Made by a program: the position numbers and the translations under genes. From positions 51,550-115,549 of the IMG/VR virus record IMGVR_UViG_3300020045_006153: a DNA stretch of 64,000 bases, one strand, 5' to 3'. Below the pieces are notes generated by a model. That model saw only the letters and a program-made list of their open reading frames with translations, made no database searches and had not been told where the DNA came from. Shown in pieces: positions 55,493 to 64,000 of this stretch; the stretch's first letter is position 1, and the number at the start of each line of letters is the position of its first letter. This DNA is from a virus (Duplodnaviria; Heunggongvirae; Uroviricota; Caudoviricetes).

Positions 55493-55630
55493 TGTATTAC
55501 AATCATAATCAGATCATTGAATGGCTTAATGCAAATGCTAAGGGCAGTGTACAGTTCCATGCTGCATTATTTTTGTTTGAAAATAAGCAAGATGCAACTA
55601 TGTTTGCACTAAGATGGGGTCATGTATGAA
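55493..55630 (+). CDS. LKW-family small protein 3 (45 aa, unlisted)
   Basis: MYYNHNQIIEWLNANAKGSVQFHAALFLFENKQDATMFALRWGHV; coordinates +/-1. Confidence 0.4.
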
Positions 55631-55823
55631 ACTTGTTTTTCCTTATAGTGTAAAATATCCTAGGACACAAAATTGGTACAATGGTGATTGGAGAAAATTA
55701 AGTAATTGGTGCAACGGCATTGGCAAGTGTGCAGTAGATTGGGAATACATGAATGAATGTTTCCTTTTTACTCGGGAACGAGACAAGATGCTGTTTTTAT
55801 TAAAATGGGGAGATTTACATTGA
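55614..55823 (+). CDS. LKW-family small protein 4
   Basis: ...WCNGIGKCAVDWEYMNECFLFTRERDKMLFLLKWGDLH. Confidence 0.55.
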   Translation: MGSCMKLVFPYSVKYPRTQNWYNGDWRKLSNWCNGIGKCAVDWEYMNECFLFTRERDKMLFLLKWGDLH

Positions 55824-56149
55824 CTACTTTTAAAAAACTATTAACGCAAGGTGTAGCAACTAGTTCTGAATTAACTATTCTAGCAGGAAGCAATCGATCC
55901 GGCAAATCGTTTTATGCACAATCTTTCAAAGAATGGAATAAACGAAATCAAGTTAAATTTAAAAAAATATCTGAAGCAATAGTCGACGGAGAGCAATGGT
56001 ATACTGTAAGTATAGGAAATGATTTATTACCTTGGCTTAATACGCATCCTGCTAATCGATATTATATACACCCAGGTACCCGCTATATTACAACAATAGT
56101 AGATTTGCATTATTCATTATATACAATCGGATTAATAAAATGGAGTTAA
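55757..56149 (+). CDS. hypothetical protein with P-loop-like GSNRSGKS (start uncertain; possible TTG start near 55820)
   Basis: 130-aa ORF, ends IGLIKWS. Confidence 0.35.
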   Translation: MFPFYSGTRQDAVFIKMGRFTLTTFKKLLTQGVATSSELTILAGSNRSGKSFYAQSFKEWNKRNQVKFKKISEAIVDGEQWYTVSIGNDLLPWLNTHPANRYYIHPGTRYITTIVDLHYSLYTIGLIKWS

Positions 56150-56610
56150 CTCATTTATCGGATAATGAGTTATTGAATTACCTTACTTTATTTCATACGC
56201 ATGATCCTATAGTAAATAGGCTTGTTAAGATGTTAAGTTCGTCTGTTATGCAGGACCAAGTTGACGAGTTAGTTAAAATAGGAATGAACTTGCAAACATG
56301 GGAATTAGATTATGAAGGTATTGATTATCCACTTAACGAATATATCTATAAACTTGAAAGAGAGATTGGATATCGCGATGAAGAAATGGTTGAATACGAA
56401 AGTAAGTTAATCGAATTAAAGTTAGAACGTGATAGTTTAAAAACCCGAGGAGTTGCAGAATTAATCAGCGAACTATATGGAGAGATATCATTTGCAGACC
56501 AACGCATTTCTAAAGTAAATCAAGAACTTAATGTTGCTAGAAGAAACGAAGAACTTGCAATGAGTAAGTTAAAGATGTGGACATATCTCAAAACAGATAC
56601 TGCTGTATGA
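56140..56610 (+). CDS. coiled-coil protein within the array
   Basis: 156-aa ORF. Confidence 0.45.
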   Translation: MELTHLSDNELLNYLTLFHTHDPIVNRLVKMLSSSVMQDQVDELVKIGMNLQTWELDYEGIDYPLNEYIYKLEREIGYRDEEMVEYESKLIELKLERDSLKTRGVAELISELYGEISFADQRISKVNQELNVARRNEELAMSKLKMWTYLKTDTAV

Positions 56611-56945
56611 TACATTTTAGACTAACGCCAGAAGAACAAAAGATTAACAAAAAACTATGGTTGAATGAAGAATACGGCCGTATAATATATGCAGATCATT
56701 ACATCGCAACTAGGTTCCCTAGGCTAATGTCTAAAAAGAAATATACATTCAGTCGCGCTAAATGGTACATAGCAGAGTTTAATGTCACTTGTTACTTCGA
56801 AGTAGATAAATGGTGTGAAAAACAATTCGGAAAACATGACAACCGTCCAAATGCTTGGAGTCGATGGTGGCATAGGTATGAATCAAGCATTCACTTCCGC
56901 GATGAGAAAGATTACATATTGTTTGTACTGCGATGGGGCGGATGA
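56577..56945 (+). CDS. LKW-family small protein 5
   Basis: ...DKWCEKQFGKHDNRPNAWSRWWHRYESSIHFRDEKDYILFVLRWGG. Confidence 0.55.
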   Translation: MDISQNRYCCMIHFRLTPEEQKINKKLWLNEEYGRIIYADHYIATRFPRLMSKKKYTFSRAKWYIAEFNVTCYFEVDKWCEKQFGKHDNRPNAWSRWWHRYESSIHFRDEKDYILFVLRWGG

Positions 56946-57154
56946 CAAACTGGAATGGCATGGAATGGAAGAAGGGGGCTTGGCATAAATGGTTTGCTTG
57001 GTTTCCTGTTAAGTTATGTGGGAAGTCTCAATGGTGGTACAGATGGAGATGGCTAACTACTGTATATCGTCGAGAACTACTTACACGAAGTGATATGGAA
57101 ATTTACAGTTTGTGGATATACGGTGATCTTTTTGATGTATTGAGATATGAATGA
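56933..57154 (+). CDS. Trp/Arg-rich small protein
   Basis: 73-aa ORF. Confidence 0.35.
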   Translation: MGRMTNWNGMEWKKGAWHKWFAWFPVKLCGKSQWWYRWRWLTTVYRRELLTRSDMEIYSLWIYGDLFDVLRYE

Positions 57155-57408
57155 AGAAACCTAAAAAACAAAAACCTAAAGTTATTACACCAAATTCGTT
57201 AATAGTTGATTACGGCTTAAAACGTGTAATAATGCCACATCGTGTATCTCTTATGCTATTCTATGATCATGAATTACTAGAAATTGATAAGTGGTGTCAG
57301 AAAACATTTGCAACTGATACATGGAAACGTTCGGGTATATTTCCCGGATATATACACTTTGTACATGCAAAAGATGCTACAATGTTTACATTAAAGTGGG
57401 CAAAATGA
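57151..57408 (+). CDS. LKW-family small protein 6
   Basis: ...DKWCQKTFATDTWKRSGIFPGYIHFVHAKDATMFTLKWAK. Confidence 0.55.
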   Translation: MKKPKKQKPKVITPNSLIVDYGLKRVIMPHRVSLMLFYDHELLEIDKWCQKTFATDTWKRSGIFPGYIHFVHAKDATMFTLKWAK

Positions 57409-57605
57409 AAACACTGCCAGTAGTAGATCTTTGGAAAACAGAAGCATGGTGTTCCAAAATCATAAGTCGTAGAACATATTGGTTGCATAATAAATTAGGT
57501 GGCAAGGGCTGGAAAATTATAAGACGTAATAGTGTTTGGGAATTAGAGTTGCTTGATGAAAAACAAGCATTGCTCGCAATATTAAAATTTAGCGACAGCA
57601 AATGA
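57405..57605 (+). CDS. LKW-family small protein 7 (variant ending ILKFSDSK)
   Basis: ATGA-overlap start 57405, in frame with track ORF 57321..57605. Confidence 0.45.
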   Translation: MKTLPVVDLWKTEAWCSKIISRRTYWLHNKLGGKGWKIIRRNSVWELELLDEKQALLAILKFSDSK

Positions 57606-57835
57606 AATTTTGGAATAAACAACATGAAGTTAGAAAACAGTTCTGGACAAAAGTCTTAGGGCCTGCGCCTGATTGGCCTTTTCCACGTAGAGATAATTAT
57701 AGCATGGATGCAAACACAGCAAAACATATGTGCCAAAATATGCGTAGTAAGGGCAAATTTTATTTCAACAATACTGCATGGTATTTTGAAAATAAGCACG
57801 ATGCAACTATATTTTTATTGAAGATATCAAAATGA
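57602..57835 (+). CDS. LKW-family small protein 8
   Basis: ...NTAWYFENKHDATIFLLKISK. Confidence 0.5.
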   Translation: MKFWNKQHEVRKQFWTKVLGPAPDWPFPRRDNYSMDANTAKHMCQNMRSKGKFYFNNTAWYFENKHDATIFLLKISK

Positions 57836-58104
57836 GCAGAGCAGTAAAAATAACAGAAAATCAATGGTTTACAATTCAGTTAAAAATTGCAACTCATTAT
57901 CCAAAAAGTGTATTAATGATTCGTGAGAAGATGAAAAAAGTTTTAGGATTTACAACTAGAACTAATCGATATTACGATGCAAATAAGTATGAATGGATAG
58001 AGGAAATTTATCTAGATTTCTTCAATGAACCTAAACGAACTATGTTCCTACTAAAGTACTCAGATATTTTAAACACAGAACCTATTGTTCTTAGGCAAAT
58101 ATGA
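57832..58104 (+). CDS. LKW-family small protein 9
   Basis: ...FFNEPKRTMFLLKYSD... Confidence 0.5.
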   Translation: MSRAVKITENQWFTIQLKIATHYPKSVLMIREKMKKVLGFTTRTNRYYDANKYEWIEEIYLDFFNEPKRTMFLLKYSDILNTEPIVLRQI

Positions 58105-58355
58105 CATACGATGAACAATATGCACAAGCGTTAAAGAATTCTTCAAAACGAATAGCGGACAGTATCGATGCTGAAATTTTATTTGCAATACTTATAAGTG
58201 CAGGCTGGACTAGTGTTTATGTAAAAGGGCGTAATACTAGTGAGATAGAAACATGGGTTAAAAAATACTGCGTTGGAAAATACAGGGTAACAACTGATTT
58301 CTATCTTTTCGAGAAAGAAAAAGATGCAACCTTGTTTATCTTAAAATGGGCTTGA
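58101..58355 (+). CDS. LKW-family small protein 10
   Basis: ...FYLFEKEKDATLFILKWA. Confidence 0.55.
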   Translation: MTYDEQYAQALKNSSKRIADSIDAEILFAILISAGWTSVYVKGRNTSEIETWVKKYCVGKYRVTTDFYLFEKEKDATLFILKWA

Positions 58356-58380
58356 CAACTTAACAAAATTCGTGTATAAT
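58346..58380 (+). promoter_or_regulatory. promoter TTGACA-17-TATAAT
   Basis: Upstream of clpS. Confidence 0.4.
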
Positions 58381-58406
58381 AAATATATCAACTAACAGAG
58401 AAACTA

Positions 58407-58709
58407 ATGGCAAATACAGATATCGCACAACGTGAAACAACTAAGATTAAACTCAAAGAGCCTAGCAAGTATAAAGTACTTGTGATAAACGACGATTATA
58501 CTCCTGTAGATTTTGTTATTGTTATGCTTATGGAAATTTTTAAACATACTGACGAATCTGCGGTTGCATTAACAAAGCAAGTGCACGAACAAGGACGTGC
58601 AATTGTAGGTACATATACTTATGAAATTGCAGAACAGAAATGCATTGAATCTACTAACTTAGCACGTGAACATGGTTATCCATTAGTGATTAAAGTAGAA
58701 GCGGTATAA
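58407..58709 (+). CDS. clpS: ATP-dependent Clp protease adaptor ClpS
   Basis: YKVLVINDDYTPVDFVIVMLMEIF matches the ClpS core (VxLxNDDYTPMxFVxxVL), 100 aa. Confidence 0.8.
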   Translation: MANTDIAQRETTKIKLKEPSKYKVLVINDDYTPVDFVIVMLMEIFKHTDESAVALTKQVHEQGRAIVGTYTYEIAEQKCIESTNLAREHGYPLVIKVEAV

Positions 58710-59452
58710 TTATATTTTTTGAATCCTTCTTCTAATCCATTAAAAGGTAAGTTGAAGGATTCAAGTATAGTACTATCACCAATTAAATCATCTCCTGTTC
58801 TAGGAGATTCGATAACTGTCTTAACTTCATTAAGAACACAAAATCTCATTGCTTGTTCTAGCAATGTAAACTTTTCTTTATACACGATATCAAAATTGTG
58901 TTCTTCTATTGTTTCGTTGATTACTAAATCAACAATAGGAAAAATATCCTCAAGATTAAAATAATCAAATTTCCTATTTTCTCCAATTACAAATCGGTCA
59001 CTCGCATATAAATGCTTAAAGAAACGAGAGTTGTTTTCACTGTGATGATAATTTCCAAATATTCTTAAATTATAAAAATTCTCAGTCATTAAGCAACTAT
59101 ATTTGATTAATTTCTTAGCCATACCATATTGGGAATTAAACGCATCGTATGCACTGCCAAAATGAATTAATTTTTTAAATAAATGCCGTTGATCTCGAAT
59201 GTTATTCCACATTTGCATTGCTACTGTGCGATACATTGGATCCGCAGATCCTAAGTTTTCTCTTCCTACTAATGCAGTATGTATAACAATATCAACTGTA
59301 TGAGTATTAAAGAAATGCTCAACTGCTATTTTATCTAAACAATCTAAATCTATTTTGTTAGGTGCATATACTGTATGTTGTGCAGACAAATAGGCGGTAA
59401 GATGTTTGGCAATAAATCCATTACCGCCTGTGATTAAAATATTCATAAGCAA
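58676..59452 (-). CDS. NAD(P)-dependent sugar epimerase/reductase (SDR family)
   Basis: N-terminal ILITGGNGFIAKHL Rossmann motif, 258 aa. Confidence 0.6.
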   Translation of the reverse strand: MLMNILITGGNGFIAKHLTAYLSAQHTVYAPNKIDLDCLDKIAVEHFFNTHTVDIVIHTALVGRENLGSADPMYRTVAMQMWNNIRDQRHLFKKLIHFGSAYDAFNSQYGMAKKLIKYSCLMTENFYNLRIFGNYHHSENNSRFFKHLYASDRFVIGENRKFDYFNLEDIFPIVDLVINETIEEHNFDIVYKEKFTLLEQAMRFCVLNEVKTVIESPRTGDDLIGDSTILESFNLPFNGLEEGFKKYNYTASTLITNG

Positions 59453-59973
59453 GGGTGTCCTTGATCTTTTTTACTAATAATAGGCTGAGGTGAAGATACA
59501 GGCCAATTAATTTCAAGTTTCGGGTCATTCCAAAAGATACCTTCATCTAATTCAGGAGAATGATAGTGTGTTACCTTGTAATTAACTGCTGTATTAGGTT
59601 CTAATGTTAAGTACCCGTGATAACATCCTGGCGGAACTAATAACATAACTGGTTGATATTCAGCTATCGTTAATGTTACACATTGTTTGTAAGTTGGACT
59701 ATTTACGCGTCCGTCGACTACTACGTCAAATATGCTACCATTAAGTACTGATACTAACTTATACTGAGGTACTGATAATCTGTGCAAGCCCCGTATTGTA
59801 TCTGTCATGTCATTCCACGATACCATATCTTGTACAAACCGATCATGTATTCCTAAATCAGGAGCCCATTCGTCGCGCCAACTTTCATTTATCCATCCTC
59901 GTTGGTCTGTATACCGTGTAAGTGAAAATAATTTAACACCAGAAATATCAAATTCCTGTATATCTTTTACCAT
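59443..59973 (-). CDS. RmlC-like cupin sugar-nucleotide 3,5-epimerase
   Basis: 176 aa, cupin fold signature around YHGY; adjacent to dehydratase genes. Confidence 0.55.
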   Translation of the reverse strand: MVKDIQEFDISGVKLFSLTRYTDQRGWINESWRDEWAPDLGIHDRFVQDMVSWNDMTDTIRGLHRLSVPQYKLVSVLNGSIFDVVVDGRVNSPTYKQCVTLTIAEYQPVMLLVPPGCYHGYLTLEPNTAVNYKVTHYHSPELDEGIFWNDPKLEINWPVSSPQPIISKKDQGHPCL

Positions 59974-60914
59974 ATAAAGTTTTTAGAATAGTAACGGACA
60001 ATACTTTTTAATTCAGTATCAAATAGCGCTTCGGGCCTCCATCCTAATCCTTGCAGTTTGTTGTCATTAATTGCATAACGTACATCTTGTCCTTGACGCA
60101 TAACGCTTAGGTCTAAATATTTCTGAGGATTGCCAGGTAGTTTCATTAATTTAATAATTTTCTCAGCAACAATAATATTTTTCTCTTCGTAGTTCCCTGC
60201 AATATTAAAAATCTCATTCTTAACATCCATGTCGATAATTGTAAGTACAGCATTTGCGGTATCACTTGCATGTAACCAAGTTCGGCGCGGAAGACCGCAA
60301 TCGTGTAGTGGTGCTAATTTACCTAACGCAAGATGTTTAATTGTGTGCGGAATAAACTTTTCAGTATATTGTCCAATGCCGTAATTATTTGTAGGACGTA
60401 CAATAATGTAAGGTACTCCATAAGTGCGCGACCAAGCAGTAATTAGCATGTCTGCTGCTGCTTTAGTTGCACTGTATGGATTGGAAGGCTTTAGCAAATC
60501 TGTTTCAGAATGCGAACCAGTTACAATATCTCCGTACACTTCGTCTGTGCTAAAATGCAATAACGTAGGCATTTTAAATTTGTATTTTTGTTTGATTAGT
60601 TTAAGCAAATTGTGCACACCATCAATATTACTTTTTACAAATACATCAGACGATGCAATTGAATTGTCTACGTGAGTTTCTGCTGCTGTATTAATAATGT
60701 AATCACACTCGTAAAGGGTACTCATATCGTTAATATCAATTTGCTCAAATGAAAAGTTATCGTACCTTTCGAGTTCGGGCAACAACTTCACATTAGCAGC
60801 ATATGTAATTTTATCAATACCTCTAACATACCATCCTCGTTCTAAACATGCTTTAGTAACATGATATCCAATAAATCCTAAACATCCTGTTACATATACT
60901 ATCTTCTTACTCAT
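59967..60914 (-). CDS. NDP-hexose 4,6-dehydratase-like extended SDR
   Basis: VYVTGCLGFIGYHV Rossmann motif, catalytic YSATKAAADML (YxxxK), 315 aa. Confidence 0.6.
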   Translation of the reverse strand: MSKKIVYVTGCLGFIGYHVTKACLERGWYVRGIDKITYAANVKLLPELERYDNFSFEQIDINDMSTLYECDYIINTAAETHVDNSIASSDVFVKSNIDGVHNLLKLIKQKYKFKMPTLLHFSTDEVYGDIVTGSHSETDLLKPSNPYSATKAAADMLITAWSRTYGVPYIIVRPTNNYGIGQYTEKFIPHTIKHLALGKLAPLHDCGLPRRTWLHASDTANAVLTIIDMDVKNEIFNIAGNYEEKNIIVAEKIIKLMKLPGNPQKYLDLSVMRQGQDVRYAINDNKLQGLGWRPEALFDTELKSIVRYYSKNFIW

Positions 60915-61708
60915 TTATAATTCCTAATACTTTGCTCTAAGCCTGCTAATTTTATATTTTCGATTGTTAATCGGTTAGCAGCACCGGTATAATTTGTTCT
61001 CGAAACATCTACTATGTTTACTTGTGCAGTTAAACGATGAATATCAATAAACTTATTCAACACCTCGCTCAATCTTAATTTTTCTGCATAGACACAATTA
61101 AGGTCTTTGTATAATAACTTGCTATTTAAGCAGTATATAACTACTCTACAAAAATCCTCTGCACTAAAGAAATCAAAATCTTTGTCAATTACATCAATTG
61201 ACTCGTTGCGCATTAATTTTGCAAACAATCTATCTGCGTGTTCTGATTTATCAAAACATCCAAATAGTCGTAGTGTAACAAACTTAGGATTGTCCATGCA
61301 TAATCGAGCAATTACATTTTTAACATATCCGTAATTATCAGAAGGGACTTGATCTGCAATTGAATTTTCACATCTACAGTCTATATCAGTTTCTCTGTCA
61401 AATTCCGCACCTGATCCAATGTTAATGTACTTTGTAAACAATCCTTTTAAATTATAGAAGTTTAAAAATATGCCAAGTATGTTTTTAACATCATTGCTGT
61501 CTAGATTATCTATCTTTGATTTCTCGCCTGGCATTGCACAATTAATAACTGCGTATGGATTCTCTTTAATAAGCAAATTCATAACAGAAAAATAATCATT
61601 AAGATCTACATCGTCTCTTGTAATAGGAACAATGTTAACTCCGTGTATATTGTTTACTAGATATTTGCCAATGAATCCATTAGCACCTAAAATTAAAACT
61701 TTTTTCAT
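60911..61708 (-). CDS. NAD-dependent epimerase/reductase (SDR family)
   Basis: VLILGANGFIGKYL, 265 aa. Confidence 0.55.
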   Translation of the reverse strand: MKKVLILGANGFIGKYLVNNIHGVNIVPITRDDVDLNDYFSVMNLLIKENPYAVINCAMPGEKSKIDNLDSNDVKNILGIFLNFYNLKGLFTKYINIGSGAEFDRETDIDCRCENSIADQVPSDNYGYVKNVIARLCMDNPKFVTLRLFGCFDKSEHADRLFAKLMRNESIDVIDKDFDFFSAEDFCRVVIYCLNSKLLYKDLNCVYAEKLRLSEVLNKFIDIHRLTAQVNIVDVSRTNYTGAANRLTIENIKLAGLEQSIRNYK

Positions 61709-62238
61709 TTTCCATAGTCCGGGAATTCAACTAGAATAGAACTCGTATGATGATTATATGCTTCTTGATATTGTCTAAAAATTTGTCTATGATCCGTAAG
61801 TTCAACTATATTAATTGTTTTGCACATTAAACGAAATGCTTCTGAAAAATTACCTTTATGTTGATCTTGTGGATCAATTGGATTTTCAGATCCAACGGCA
61901 ACTCGAATAATAACTTTTGGATTACAATGTCTGTTAAACATTATTAATTTATCAAGATGGTTAACAATTTGGTCTGTTGCACTCAAGAGAAAATTCCAAC
62001 GAGGCACTACGCTAATTGGAACAAATCCATTTAATGCTAATCCTGTGCTAACGCCTATTTGAAAGTTTTCTGCAACAGGAAATTCTATCTTCTTATCTGC
62101 AGGAACTTCTACCAAACTCTCATAACACCCTGTTCCTGCATAGGAAACAGATTGCCCAAGAAATATAGTATCTCCTTGTTCAGCAAGCCAATTCATTGAA
62201 CGCTTTAGTTCATCATTGTATTCTTTGTTTAGTGACAT
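61705..62238 (-). CDS. transketolase-like TPP enzyme, C-terminal (pyrimidine-binding) subunit
   Basis: 177 aa, adjacent to the N-terminal subunit gene. Confidence 0.45.
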   Translation of the reverse strand: MSLNKEYNDELKRSMNWLAEQGDTIFLGQSVSYAGTGCYESLVEVPADKKIEFPVAENFQIGVSTGLALNGFVPISVVPRWNFLLSATDQIVNHLDKLIMFNRHCNPKVIIRVAVGSENPIDPQDQHKGNFSEAFRLMCKTINIVELTDHRQIFRQYQEAYNHHTSSILVEFPDYGK

Positions 62239-62861
62239 TAAAATTGCACCCTCTTTCCCGCGCCAGCGTGTGGATACTTTAGATTTTTGTACTTGTAGTA
62301 AATGAGATTAGTACCTTCGTACCATTGTCTGTTTTGATGGGGCAAGTACCATTTATCAGATCCCCATACTTCTTTAGTAGGAGTCATTACACTAAGTTCG
62401 TTATCCTCAACTACAAATGTAATAGGTAATTCTTGGGCTACTGCATACTTGTATGCTTCTGCCCAAGCACCTGTTTCTGCAGACATATCACCTGTCCAGC
62501 ACCATACATGTTCGCCTGTTCCTTTTAACTTTGCAGCAAGTGCTATACCAGTTGCAATACTAGGGATACCGCCGACTATGCTTGAACAAATAAATTTATA
62601 TTCTGGCAAGTTCATTACCATGCTTTTACCTTGCATGATCTTTTCCTTTAGTAGGTCTTTAGGAATTCCTTTTAATAAGGCCTGATAATGATTGCGCCAT
62701 GTACAGCAAACCCAATCTTTCCCAACATTTACTTTTTCAAATACGCGCATAATATTTTCTTCATTATTTGCATATAAGTGAATAGGGGCTTTAATTTGTG
62801 CGGTATTAAACAGATCCCCTATCTCTGTTTCGAAGTCAATTAGTTCTTGTGCAGTTATCAT
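62238..62861 (-). CDS. transketolase-like TPP enzyme, N-terminal (TPP-binding) subunit
   Basis: GDM...27 aa...DN thiamine-diphosphate binding motif, 207 aa. Confidence 0.45.
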   Translation of the reverse strand: MITAQELIDFETEIGDLFNTAQIKAPIHLYANNEENIMRVFEKVNVGKDWVCCTWRNHYQALLKGIPKDLLKEKIMQGKSMVMNLPEYKFICSSIVGGIPSIATGIALAAKLKGTGEHVWCWTGDMSAETGAWAEAYKYAVAQELPITFVVEDNELSVMTPTKEVWGSDKWYLPHQNRQWYEGTNLIYYKYKNLKYPHAGAGKRVQF

Positions 62862-64000
62862 AGATATAAGGACATGAATCCGTCAACTTTCTCACCGATG
62901 TATGCAATTTGTTCTGGAGTAATAACAGGACTGCATCCATGGAAGAAAGTATTACGCATTGTATGCGTTGCAACTGGAAAATTATCACGTGCATCTGCAG
63001 GATTCATTAAATGACTGTAGGCTGGCTGCAACATTATGTTCCCTGCAAAATATGGACGAGTTTGAATCAAGTTTTCTTCTAGGTAATCTACGATGTCCAT
63101 ACGCTTGAAAGGAGCATCTTCTCGAATAGTTAATGGAAACGCAAACCAACTAACGTCTGCCTTATCCTGTGGCCGAGGGAGGTGGAAGAATTGTTCGTAT
63201 TTCTCATACACTGCAAACAGCAAATTATAATTGCGCTGACGCAAAGCGTGTATCTCCGGAAGTTTCTTAATCTGTTCAAGACCCATAGCACTTTGGATCT
63301 CAATAGGCTTGAGGTTATAACCGATTTCATCATATACATATTTGTGATCAAAAACTTCACCGGGCATTTCAGGAATCCATTCTTGGAAACGCTTGCCACA
63401 ACTACCGCATTTTAATTTGTTTGCTTCGGGACCTACACAATAGCAACCACGTCCCCATTCACGCAACGAACGCACAATAATTTCTTGTTGTGAGTCGTTC
63501 ATTGCAACAAATCCGCCTTCGCCCATTGTCATATGGTGTGCTGGATAAAAAGAGCAAGATGCAAATGTACCAAATGATCCCAGTGGCTTTCCATCAAACG
63601 TAGAACCAAGACCATCACAGCAATCTTCAAGCAATACAAGATTGTACTTGTTTACAAGTTCCATAACCTTATCCATATTTGGAGGATTACCAAGAACGTG
63701 TGCAAATGTAATTACTTTGATATCTGGATCAGCAGCAAGGATCTTTTCTGCGTGATCTAAGTCAATGTTTAGTGTATCAATTTCGATATCACAGAACACA
63801 GGAGTGAAGCCAACTTGAATTGTTGGGTTGAGTGTAGTAGGAAAGCCTGCAATAGGCATTAATACTTTTGTTCCCTTGGGAAAGTTATAACCACGTTTGC
63901 TAGTAAGTGCAGTCATCATGAGCAAATTAGCCGATGATCCTGAGTTAGTTAAAACACCTTTTGTTTTGCCAAATTGCTTTGGAAACTGATGTTCAAACTT
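62858..64000 (-). CDS. DegT/DnrJ/EryC1-family PLP/PMP-dependent NDP-sugar 3-dehydratase-like enzyme (ColD/E1-like), partial
   Basis: SFYPAHHMTMGEGG has His where the DegT aminotransferase Lys sits (as in ColD/AscC dehydratases). Cys-rich CYCVGPEANKLKCGSCG. Reading frame stays open upstream of M63925 to the window end (…TNSGSSANLLMM). Confidence 0.55.
   Translation of the reverse strand, partial: KFEHQFPKQFGKTKGVLTNSGSSANLLMMTALTSKRGYNFPKGTKVLMPIAGFPTTLNPTIQVGFTPVFCDIEIDTLNIDLDHAEKILAADPDIKVITFAHVLGNPPNMDKVMELVNKYNLVLLEDCCDGLGSTFDGKPLGSFGTFASCSFYPAHHMTMGEGGFVAMNDSQQEIIVRSLREWGRGCYCVGPEANKLKCGSCGKRFQEWIPEMPGEVFDHKYVYDEIGYNLKPIEIQSAMGLEQIKKLPEIHALRQRNYNLLFAVYEKYEQFFHLPRPQDKADVSWFAFPLTIREDAPFKRMDIVDYLEENLIQTRPYFAGNIMLQPAYSHLMNPADARDNFPVATHTMRNTFFHGCSPVITPEQIAYIGEKVDGFMSLYL

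Overview
The window reads as a low-GC (about 35-38%) segment of a large lytic, probably T4-like, phage genome. It is almost entirely plus-strand and densely packed with many small ORFs, sigma70-like promoters and clean intrinsic terminators. Recognisable genes are: class Ia ribonucleotide reductase (nrdA, nrdB, glutaredoxin); an NAD salvage and ADP-ribose module (NadM-Nudix, PnuC, NadR-like, NadV, macro domain, nucleoside deoxyribosyltransferase-like, MazG-like); ClpX and ClpS homologs; a DPPY DNA methyltransferase; a DEDDh exonuclease; a PD-(D/E)XK nuclease; and a repeat-rich tail fiber with a C1q-like C-terminal domain. There is also a PAAR-like protein, an OMP-like beta-barrel, a TAXI-like periplasmic binding protein, a secreted Gly-rich/PTT-repeat protein, a Ro60-like (TROVE-like + vWA) protein and a metallophosphoesterase. 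On the minus strand at the window end lies a nucleotide-deoxysugar cluster whose first gene, a DegT/ColD-like dehydratase, runs off the window. The most unusual content is translation-related RNA. One is an apparent circularly permuted (two-piece) tmRNA gene: an E. coli-like T-arm/CCA acceptor piece about 200 nt upstream of a coding piece that has a G3-U acceptor pair and the tag ANDSVYALAA. Another is a tRNA with anticodon CUA (amber suppressor). A PTH2-like peptidyl-tRNA hydrolase is also present. Other notable signals are a tandem array of about a dozen small paralogous proteins ending in a conserved ...DATxFxLKW motif; a conserved leader hairpin with a compensatory base change in front of both NAD-salvage transcription units; a phage-specific promoter class with a conserved GGTAAAACC spacer element; a shared N-terminal MR(I/L)xEL(F/I)xE motif on three proteins that resembles a capsid-targeting/prohead-protease signal; and two GC-richer, highly structured non-coding regions of about 350 and 470 nt. 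Manually derived coordinates may be off by 1-2 nt. No database search or folding program was run, so all functional calls rest on motif recognition.
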